Below, one piece after another: positions 1 to 6,585 of a DNA stretch of 28,701 nt. The stretch's first letter is position 1, and the number at the start of each line of letters is the position of its first letter. A model generated the notes under the pieces. The model worked only from the letters and a program-made list of their open reading frames with translations, did no database searches and was not told the DNA's origin. The translations under genes were made by a program, and so were the position numbers. Origin of the DNA: a virus (taxonomy: Duplodnaviria; Caudoviricetes); the IMG/VR virus record IMGVR_UViG_3300032112_000001, positions 1 to 28,701 of that record; one strand, written 5' to 3'.

Positions 1-67
1 AGAACTTCCGATAATTCCGAAAGAGTAGTTAGGCAAAATGCGAGATACCGAATAACTATCAACCAAA

Positions 68-331
68 ATGAAACTCTGTAAAAACTGCAAAAACATGGCT
101 GATATCTGCGGCAAGTACGGGAAGGTTCCGCCGGCAGATACATACGCAGAAAGGTGCCGCTATTTCGACCAGGCGGGCGACAAACCTGCCCATGTCAAGG
201 CAGAGGAAGCTGGTTGCGATTTGTGCGACAGATACACTGACGGATGGTGCCTGCAATTTGATCTCCCGGGATGGGCATATAATTTTGTGAAAATCAAAGA
301 AGGAATGCAATGCCCGAAAATGTCGATCTGA
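68..331 (+). CDS. Cys-rich hypothetical phage protein (putative zinc-binding)
   Basis: 87 aa with two CxxC...C...C units (CKNC, CDLC); overlaps the primase start. Confidence 0.6.
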   Translation: MKLCKNCKNMADICGKYGKVPPADTYAERCRYFDQAGDKPAHVKAEEAGCDLCDRYTDGWCLQFDLPGWAYNFVKIKEGMQCPKMSI

Positions 332-2109
332 TATCCGCCATGGAATCTTTCGGCCTGGTCGTCGACCGTGAGCCACGTTTTGACGGTCGGCCGGTCAGAT
401 ACCGGCTGAATGGCAAAAAATCACGGTCCGGGTTCATGATAGGCAATGATGTTAATGGGAAACATTACGCCACCTTCGGGACATGGGCCGACCGCAGTCT
501 TGACCAGAAATGGACAGACAACGGCGCCGGAAGTCCGCATTGCCATGAGCAATGGCGGGAACTGGCCACAAGAGCCGAACTGCTGCGGCGTGAATCACAG
601 CAGACTGCCGCCAGCATCGCCGTTGCCATGTGGGAGCAGGCTGAAGAATGCGCCGAGCATCCATACCTGGCCGCAAAGGGCGTCAAGCCGCACGGTTGCC
701 GTGTGCTGCGTAACATGCTGCTGGTGCCGTTCTATTCGCAGGACGGAGAACTGACAACAATCCAGAAGATTCTGCACGACGGGACGAAGCTGCTGCTTAA
801 CGGCGGCGAGATTTCAGGATCCTGTTGCCCGATTACCGGAAAAGAGGATCGGATATATATCTGCGAAGGATTCGCCACCGGGGCGACGATCAGCGAATTG
901 ACGGGATGCAAAGTGCTGGTCGCGTGTTTTTCCAATAACCTGTTGCCAGTTGCTATAGCCGCCAGGCAGAAATGGCCGGAGACAAAAATCATTATCGCTG
1001 CCGACAACGACCACGGCACGGAAGGCAACCCAGGTGTCAAGTCGGCAAAAGCCGCAGCAGAGGCAATCGGCGCCGAGGTAGCCATCCCGGAGTGTCCCCC
1101 TGGGACGGACTTCAACGACATGGCCAGAGAGCGGCCAGCCAGGGCTACCGAGATATTGACAGGCAAGTGCGCCATGATCTCGGTCGGTGAGATTATGGCA
1201 ACAGAATACAAACCGATCAAATGGGCTGTTGAAGGAATCATCCCCGAGGGACTGACGCTGATTGCCGGTCGCCCAAAATTTGGGAAGTCCTGGTTAATGT
1301 TGGGCCTTGCCTATGCCGTCGCCACCGGCACAAAAGCATGGGGGCATGGCAATACCACAAAGGGGACGGTTTTTTACCTGGCGCTCGAGGATTCGCCGAG
1401 AAGGATCAAGGACCGCGTGCTGGCCATGGATGGGTATTTCAATGATTATCCTGAAAATCTGCACATCATCACCGATTTTCCCAGGATCGGCAGCGGATTC
1501 GCCGAGCGTATCGTCGAACTGGTGCAACAACATCCCGATACCGGGCTGATCATAATCGACACGCTGCAGAAGATCAGGCCGATATCAGGCGGCGGAAAGC
1601 GGAATCTGTATCAAGCAGAGTATGAAGACTTCGAGGCGTTGCAGAAAATGGCGATTACGCTCGGCATCCCGGTGATTGCGGTCCACCATACCAGGAAGCG
1701 GTCGTCAAAAGGCGCTCCAGCCAATCCAATTGATGAGATAAGCGGCTCGACAGGCATCCAGGGCGTTTCAGACACGCTGATTGCGCTCGACCGTGACGGC
1801 AACAAGGGGACGATGCACGTCACCGGCCGCGAAGTCGATGAGGAAGAATACCCGATGGAGTTTATCAGGTACAACATGACTTGGCAGGTATCAGGGCCGC
1901 AACAAGAGATAGATGTCGGGCCGATGGTGTTGTCCGATTGGCTAAAAACTCATGACGCCATAACCGCCAAGGAAGCGGCAGAGATATTCGGCATCAGCCT
2001 GGCAACTGCAAAACGCAAACTGAAGGATTTGGTTGACGAGGGAAAACTGACAGTCGAGGTGCCAGGACACAAAATGCCGTGGACCTATAAACCGACAGAA
2101 ATCTTTTAA
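310..2109 (+). CDS. Toprim primase fused to RepA/AAA_25-type helicase with C-terminal HTH
   Basis: HPYL..KG, ICEGFATG and IAADND Toprim motifs, GTDFND; Walker A GRPKFGKS, Walker B LIIIDTL, VHHTRK, ISGSTG; C-terminal HTH-like AKEAAEIFGISLATAKRKL; AAGGA RBS. Confidence 0.9.
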   Translation: MPENVDLISAMESFGLVVDREPRFDGRPVRYRLNGKKSRSGFMIGNDVNGKHYATFGTWADRSLDQKWTDNGAGSPHCHEQWRELATRAELLRRESQQTAASIAVAMWEQAEECAEHPYLAAKGVKPHGCRVLRNMLLVPFYSQDGELTTIQKILHDGTKLLLNGGEISGSCCPITGKEDRIYICEGFATGATISELTGCKVLVACFSNNLLPVAIAARQKWPETKIIIAADNDHGTEGNPGVKSAKAAAEAIGAEVAIPECPPGTDFNDMARERPARATEILTGKCAMISVGEIMATEYKPIKWAVEGIIPEGLTLIAGRPKFGKSWLMLGLAYAVATGTKAWGHGNTTKGTVFYLALEDSPRRIKDRVLAMDGYFNDYPENLHIITDFPRIGSGFAERIVELVQQHPDTGLIIIDTLQKIRPISGGGKRNLYQAEYEDFEALQKMAITLGIPVIAVHHTRKRSSKGAPANPIDEISGSTGIQGVSDTLIALDRDGNKGTMHVTGREVDEEEYPMEFIRYNMTWQVSGPQQEIDVGPMVLSDWLKTHDAITAKEAAEIFGISLATAKRKLKDLVDEGKLTVEVPGHKMPWTYKPTEIF

Positions 2110-2121
2110 TATACAAAAATA

Positions 2122-2318
2122 TGAGCCGCAAGACCAAAAACACGCATAAGTATATAAAAACAGTACAATTCTTGTGGCTCACGCCCTTGAGCCGCAGTGA
2201 GCCGCAAGAGCCACAACATATTGATCTAGCTCATGCAGCTCACTGTAGCTCACACCATGAGCCACAAGATATATAAGCAATATTAAGTATATATATATGT
2301 TTTATGTGTTGTGGCTCA
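2122..2318. repeat. Iteron array, putative phage replication origin
   Basis: About 10 copies of TGAGCYRCA(AGA) in both orientations (+: 2122, 2188, 2198, 2208 partial, 2258; -: 2170-2181, 2226-2233, 2234-2242, 2244-2252, 2308-2318) around AT-rich tracts including a (TA)n run at about 2288-2298; directly downstream of the primase-helicase. Confidence 0.8.
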
Positions 2319-2364
2319 CGTTTTTAAGGATAATAGAAAAATCAGACAAATGAAGGAATCAAAC

Positions 2365-2586
2365 ATGAGTGCACTCAACGAGCAAATAGCGGGAACACAT
2401 TACAAAGACATGGCGATTCAGCCCATAGAGTTCTGCCAGCGGAACCGGCTCGGATATGCCGAGTCGCTTGCCATCAAGTACCTATGTAGGCACGGCAAGA
2501 AGAATGGTCGGCAGGATCTGCAGAAAGCAATCCATTGCATCCAACTGCTGATGGAGATGGAGTATCCAGAACCGGCCAAAAAATGA
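2365..2586 (+). CDS. DUF3310 (SaV-like) phage protein
   Basis: Q.AGTHY..MAIQPIEF, AIKYLCR..KKNG.QDL.KA signature; AAGGA RBS before ATG 2365. Confidence 0.85.
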   Translation: MSALNEQIAGTHYKDMAIQPIEFCQRNRLGYAESLAIKYLCRHGKKNGRQDLQKAIHCIQLLMEMEYPEPAKK

Positions 2587-2717
2587 CGAGGATATGGAAA
2601 GGCTGCACGATTGGCGTGCTGCCTGTAGGTAGAGATGGACAGTGTTGAAAATTGAAAATAGGGCGCTTTTGGAGTGATTGACTTGAAACCATTACCAACC
2701 AAAACTGGAGAATAAAA

Positions 2718-2972
2718 ATGCAGCAACCTGACGTTTGTACAAGTCTGAATTGCAGGCCACCGAAAAATTATTGTCCACAGTGCTCTCATGCAATTTATCG
2801 AGGTGAGGTAACATCAAACGGCAAAGAATATCCGTTTGAGTTTTCGCCTCAATATGGGGTCACTTTCATGACTTCAAAGGGCGAGCCTCGGAAGGTTCAG
2901 CCAGGAGAACGGAACAAGGTATGGAACGAGTTCGAAGGATGGTACAAAAAAATCCGTTGTCAGGCTGCTTGA
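2718..2972 (+). CDS. hypothetical phage protein
   Basis: 84-aa ORF with GGAG RBS; N-terminal Cys cluster. Confidence 0.7.
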   Translation: MQQPDVCTSLNCRPPKNYCPQCSHAIYRGEVTSNGKEYPFEFSPQYGVTFMTSKGEPRKVQPGERNKVWNEFEGWYKKIRCQAA

Positions 2973-3010
2973 CCAATACCGAATAAGTATCGCCCCAAAA
3001 GGACAACATC

Positions 3011-3193
3011 ATGAAAATCAACAAGACAATCAGTAAGCTACAGAAACAGCGGGATCGGATAGCGACAGAGCGCGAGTCGATCCAGATGCAGATCGAGGAA
3101 CTGGAGTTCGAGCGGAACGAGTTTGACCGGAAAATACTGGAACACGATGACGCTATTGTCTGTTTGAAGGCGGTAGCGAAGGTTGCTTTATAG
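3011..3193 (+). CDS. small coiled-coil protein
   Basis: AAGGA RBS; charged heptad-rich sequence. Confidence 0.7.
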   Translation: MKINKTISKLQKQRDRIATERESIQMQIEELEFERNEFDRKILEHDDAIVCLKAVAKVAL

Positions 3194-3223
3194 GAAATTA
3201 GAGCGGAGGAAGGGGGAGCGACG

Positions 3224-3436
3224 ATGCCAAAGATAAGAGTCGAGGTTGACGTGCCGGATGGGGCATGGTGCGATGGGTGCAAGATGAAGCACGAGATATA
3301 CGATTATGACTATGACAACATTGAAAAGGTTGTCTGCCTCCAATTCAGAGACAAACATGGATTCCCTAAACAATTAGATTTAGAAAGACGCCGCCTCCCC
3401 CAGTGCATCGCCGCAGAGGTGGAGGAGAAGCCATGA
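3224..3436 (+). CDS. hypothetical phage protein
   Basis: GGGGGAG RBS; CDGC motif; ATGA-coupled to the next ORF. Confidence 0.7.
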   Translation: MPKIRVEVDVPDGAWCDGCKMKHEIYDYDYDNIEKVVCLQFRDKHGFPKQLDLERRRLPQCIAAEVEEKP

Positions 3437-3558
3437 TTGACATCATCCTGAGCATAATCGCAGTAATCGCTGGCTGCATTACCTTCGTGATGACCAGTTC
3501 TAGCGGATGGGCTGGAGGAAATAATTACGCATCCGGTAGGAGGAAGGAGAAGCCATGA
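3433..3558 (+). CDS. 41-aa single-TM membrane microprotein (absent from ORF track)
   Basis: MIDIILSIIAVIAGCITFVMTSSSGWAGGNNYASGRRKEKP; GGAGGAG RBS; ATGA overlaps at both ends. Confidence 0.65.
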   Translation: MIDIILSIIAVIAGCITFVMTSSSGWAGGNNYASGRRKEKP

Positions 3559-3887
3559 AGAAGATGCTTGAGGTTGAATATTGCGGAGAGTGTTTTCACT
3601 ATCACCAGAAACACTGCCTAAAAAGAGGAATGGAAACAACATTCGGTGGAGGCATCCCCTCATGGTGCCCACTCCCCGCCGCCGGATCGGGATGGCGAGA
3701 CATATCCGAGGCCCCGAAGGACGGGACTATAGTTTTGCTTTGGTGCGATGGAGTAGTTGAAGAAGGATTTTTCGGAGTTGTTTCTATTAACGGGCAGTAT
3801 AGATGGCAGAACAGGAACCAATGGTGGCCTGCAAGAAAAGAGCCGCAGCATTGGCAACCCCTCCCTCCCCCGCCAGTTGGCAAATAG
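3555..3887 (+). CDS. DUF551-like phage protein
   Basis: W.DISEAPKDGT.VLL...HWQPLPPPP signature; N-terminal CxxC...P.WCPLP module. Confidence 0.8.
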   Translation: MKKMLEVEYCGECFHYHQKHCLKRGMETTFGGGIPSWCPLPAAGSGWRDISEAPKDGTIVLLWCDGVVEEGFFGVVSINGQYRWQNRNQWWPARKEPQHWQPLPPPPVGK

Positions 3888-3896
3888 GTGACGACG

Positions 3897-4055
3897 ATGG
3901 CTAAAATGATCCTCCTGACACTTGGAATTCTGGTTTTTATGCTGGGCTGCTTGATAAGAGGGGAGATTGCTGATAGCGATGTGACTTGGCAACTGACAAC
4001 TGCAACGGCACTTGGTGTTGTCGCAATAATCGTTGCGGCATATTTGCCGAGATAG
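3897..4055 (+). CDS. 52-aa two-TM membrane protein (absent from ORF track)
   Basis: MAKMILLTLGILVFMLGCLIRGEIADSDVTWQLTTATALGVVAIIVAAYLPR; AGGTG RBS. Confidence 0.7.
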   Translation: MAKMILLTLGILVFMLGCLIRGEIADSDVTWQLTTATALGVVAIIVAAYLPR

Positions 4056-4074
4056 CGAGGAATAGGTGACGACG

Positions 4075-4326
4075 ATGAAGAAGGTGTTATGCAAAATATT
4101 CGGTCACAAGTGCGATCCAATCCACGCAGAATATTACGGATATTTCCATTGCGAAAGGTGCGGCGAAGAGCTTGAAAGTGACATCCATTGGATTGAGGTC
4201 GCCACATGGAAATCCCGCATATGGTTGCGGGACAGAACAAGGCCTCTGCTTGAATGGCTAAAGTGCAAAGATTGCGGGTGGAGATTCGGCAGGCATGACC
4301 CGGACAACGAACATTTGCCGTTTTAG
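4075..4326 (+). CDS. hypothetical phage protein (DUF1660-like Cys/His N-terminus)
   Basis: LCKIFGHK...CERCG, second CKDCG; starts at the junction repeat. Confidence 0.7.
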   Translation: MKKVLCKIFGHKCDPIHAEYYGYFHCERCGEELESDIHWIEVATWKSRIWLRDRTRPLLEWLKCKDCGWRFGRHDPDNEHLPF

Positions 4327-4335
4327 GTGACGACG

Positions 4336-4533
4336 ATGAATGACGAGAAGGTGGAGTTGAAGCCGTGTCCGTTCTGCGGGGGTAAGAATGCCAAGGAGAT
4401 TGCCCACGAAAAGTATATTGCGCTGGAACGCTTTGTGATGTGTAAGAGTTGCGGGGCAAGAGGGCCATCGTATTTAGCCGACACAAACCTTCACATTCAG
4501 TGGTGGAACACCCGCGCAGGGGAGGGAGTATGA
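4336..4533 (+). CDS. Lar family restriction-alleviation protein
   Basis: ELKPCPFCGG...V.CKSCGARGP...WNTR signature. Confidence 0.8.
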   Translation: MNDEKVELKPCPFCGGKNAKEIAHEKYIALERFVMCKSCGARGPSYLADTNLHIQWWNTRAGEGV

Positions 4534-4727
4534 AGAAACAGCTGCGTTACAGATTGCGGTGGAAGTATCCTGGCGATAGAGCGTGGATGCCTTCTGGATG
4601 GGCAACAAACTCAACCAAGGAGGCAATCGCCCAAGCTGAAAGATATAAAGACGACGAGAAAGCACAGGTATGGGATTACAAAACAAAAACAGCATTGTCT
4701 GCAAGCCCAAAGAAGGAGCAACCATGA
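4530..4727 (+). CDS. hypothetical phage protein
   Basis: GGAGG RBS; ATGA-coupled at both ends. Confidence 0.65.
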   Translation: MKKQLRYRLRWKYPGDRAWMPSGWATNSTKEAIAQAERYKDDEKAQVWDYKTKTALSASPKKEQP

Positions 4728-4864
4728 CCATCCGCGACATCTGGCAGACAATAAAAGACTGGTGTTGGTTCACCTTTGTTATCAGAAGAAATGAATTTCA
4801 CTGGAAAGTGCAGACTCTTCAAGAACGCCATAGAGCGCATCGATGCGATGAAAGGTGGAGATAA
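4724..4864 (+). CDS. small hypothetical protein
   Basis: AAGGAG RBS; ATGA and TAATG coupling. Confidence 0.6.
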   Translation: MTIRDIWQTIKDWCWFTFVIRRNEFHWKVQTLQERHRAHRCDERWR

Positions 4865-5232
4865 TGAGCGACATCCGCGAGAAGATAATGGCGCTTGAGT
4901 TTACTAGAGAGCCTAGCGATGACAACTTTGACAGGTCTGAAAACGCCGGATACTATCTTGCGCTAAAAGACGCAGCCGACATAGCCGAGGCCGAGGTAGC
5001 GCGACTGGAGGCGCTACTTGTTGATGTTTCTGCAAAGGCAGCTAACTGCGGATACGAGTTGGTGCAGAAAGAGAAAGACTACGCCACCCTCGTCGCTGCG
5101 GCGAGGCGGTTGGTGGAGGAGTTCAAGAAGTCAGTTCAATTTTCACACCAATATGTAGCGGCACTTGCCGAAGTCGAGGCGCTGCTATCATCCGAAACAC
5201 CGCCAGATGTTGACGAGGATGGCGGTGGCTGA
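4864..5232 (+). CDS. hypothetical helical phage protein
   Basis: GGAG RBS; TAATG coupling; alanine/charged helical sequence. Confidence 0.7.
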   Translation: MSDIREKIMALEFTREPSDDNFDRSENAGYYLALKDAADIAEAEVARLEALLVDVSAKAANCGYELVQKEKDYATLVAAARRLVEEFKKSVQFSHQYVAALAEVEALLSSETPPDVDEDGGG

Positions 5233-5294
5233 ACGATTGGGGGATAGTTGGCGGGGTTTGGTTAGGGTGAAAAATTCAATATGGGGCGAAGAAT

Positions 5295-5462
5295 ATGGAT
5301 ATTGAGACAATTAGGATGAAGAAGAAGGAACTGGCCGAAGAGATCATTGCGCTTGCCGAGAGGTTTAAGCAGGAGACTGGTGTCGGTGTGTTAAGCGCTG
5401 GTTATAGCAGAGTGGATGGCAAGTGCTACGTTGTGCTGCTGGACGTGCTTGATGAGGATTAA
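5295..5462 (+). CDS. 55-aa hypothetical protein (absent from ORF track)
   Basis: MDIETIRMKKKELAEEIIALAERFKQETGVGV...; fills the gap before the HNH gene and overlaps its start. Confidence 0.55.
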   Translation: MDIETIRMKKKELAEEIIALAERFKQETGVGVLSAGYSRVDGKCYVVLLDVLDED

Positions 5463-5763
5463 GTCAATAACCAGCAAGGTAAAGACCATCAGCACGCATC
5501 GCACCGTTAAGCCTGTGGTGCGTGATCGAGGAGGCAAGTGGAAGCGTGAGCGTGACGAGGTGATGAGGTTGGATGGTGGGTTGTGTCGACAATGCCGCAA
5601 GGAAGGACGTGTGACTACTGCTGTTGAGGTTGATCATATCGTGCCGTTGTTTGAGGGTGGGGCTGATACGGTGAGCAATAAACAGGCGCTGTGTCTGCGC
5701 TGTCATCAGGCGAAGAGCTATATCGAGGAAATGAGACGCAGGGGGAGAGATGTTGAGTTATGA
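5452..5763 (+). CDS. HNH endonuclease (HK97 gp74-like terminase cofactor)
   Basis: LCRQC...EVDHIVPL..GG.D...N.QALC..CH..K; located just before cos and TerS. Confidence 0.9.
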   Translation: MRIKSITSKVKTISTHRTVKPVVRDRGGKWKRERDEVMRLDGGLCRQCRKEGRVTTAVEVDHIVPLFEGGADTVSNKQALCLRCHQAKSYIEEMRRRGRDVEL

Positions 5764-5863
5764 CGACCGGGGGGGGCATGTCAATCGCTGTGAACTGCAC
5801 GCCCCACGACCACCGTCGCCCCCACGCGTAGATTAAAAACGTGGTTTGCTATAGGATACCAAC
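5764..5863. other. putative cos packaging site
   Basis: Intergenic between HNH and TerS; G8 run (5769-5776) followed by CGCCCCACG (5800-5808) and CGCCCCCACG (5817-5826), the typical position and composition for 3'-overhang cos phages. Confidence 0.6.
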
Positions 5864-6304
5864 ATGAGCGAAGAAAGAAGATGCCTATTCTGTGACGCAG
5901 TTTTGACACGGAAAACAGGAAGAAAAACCATAGAATCAACCAGGGATTTTCTACGTCGAAACTTCTGTGATAAGCGCTGTTCTGGTGCATATTCAAAGAG
6001 AAACGGCGGAAAACAAGAGGAAAAGGCCATCAAACAGGCTGAAAAAGACCTGGAAGGAGCGGAAGAGCCGAAAAGGTTATCCGCATACGACTATCTCGAC
6101 CACATGGTGAACGATGCCAACCTTGATACCTTTCTCCGCTTCAAGGCCGCTACTGCCCTGATCCCATACCAGGCGAAACGGAAAGGCGAATCATCTGGTG
6201 GAAAGAAAGAGGGCCGCAAAGAGGCCGCAGAGAAGGTCGCAAAGGGGAAATTTCAGCCAGGCGCACCGCCGGCAAAGATCGTCAATATCAACGGAGGGAA
6301 GTGA
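5864..6304 (+). CDS. terS: terminase small subunit with N-terminal Zn-finger-like extension
   Basis: Position upstream of TerL; C-terminal R.KAA.AL.PY...KGE..GKKE...AA..VA.GKF.PGAPP pattern; N-terminal CLFC...FCDKRC. Confidence 0.7.
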   Translation: MSEERRCLFCDAVLTRKTGRKTIESTRDFLRRNFCDKRCSGAYSKRNGGKQEEKAIKQAEKDLEGAEEPKRLSAYDYLDHMVNDANLDTFLRFKAATALIPYQAKRKGESSGGKKEGRKEAAEKVAKGKFQPGAPPAKIVNINGGK

Positions 6305-6585
6305 TGCGGAAAATTCCCAACACCCAAGGTTATGGAACAATAAAGCCACCACCACCGCCAACCCCTCCGCATCCAAAAAAGCGTGGGTGTGAATTGTATG
6401 TCAATATTCGCGTGGAGCATGACAAAACAATTTTGGCTGACTGCCTATTGTTTCTCAATGACTTGAAAAGACATGGAAGTTTTTACAACTCAGCCATTGA
6501 ACTAGATCAGAACTTGTCAGGTGATTACTGCGAAAAAGAAGTCGAGAGGCTTTCTGCGATAATCAAAAAGGCTTTGAGCAAATGA
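6301..6585 (+). CDS. hypothetical protein inserted between TerS and TerL
   Basis: GGAGG RBS; overlaps both neighbours; KPPPPPTPP proline run. Confidence 0.6.
   Translation: MMRKIPNTQGYGTIKPPPPPTPPHPKKRGCELYVNIRVEHDKTILADCLLFLNDLKRHGSFYNSAIELDQNLSGDYCEKEVERLSAIIKKALSK

Larger units (their letters stand above)
3885..4338 (+). repeat. Three identical 15-bp gene-junction repeats TAGGTGACGACGATG
   Basis: Exact copies at 3885-3899, 4063-4077 and 4324-4338, each supplying RBS plus ATG; in copies 1 and 3 the TAG is also the upstream stop codon. Confidence 0.9.

Noticed and set aside
1-81. 3' end of an upstream gene
   Set aside because: Two frames are possible (stop at 26-28 or 79-81) and there is too little sequence to decide
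2969-2997. sigma70 promoter starting at TTGACC
   Set aside because: No acceptable -10 hexamer at 16-18 bp spacing; kept only as context for the operator-like site
3885-4338. CRISPR array or integron attC interpretation of the 15-bp repeats
   Set aside because: Repeats are too short and not palindromic, intervals are 163 and 246 bp and protein-coding, and there is no cas gene, integrase or attC R-box structure
3602-4486. 294-aa minus-strand ORF and the many other antisense ORFs (e.g. 19643-20407)
   Set aside because: They shadow well-supported, coupled plus-strand genes and have no recognisable motifs
5239-5286. Possible G-quadruplex from four G-runs
   Set aside because: Loops are long and irregular, and the surrounding strand is generally G-rich, so chance is a sufficient explanation
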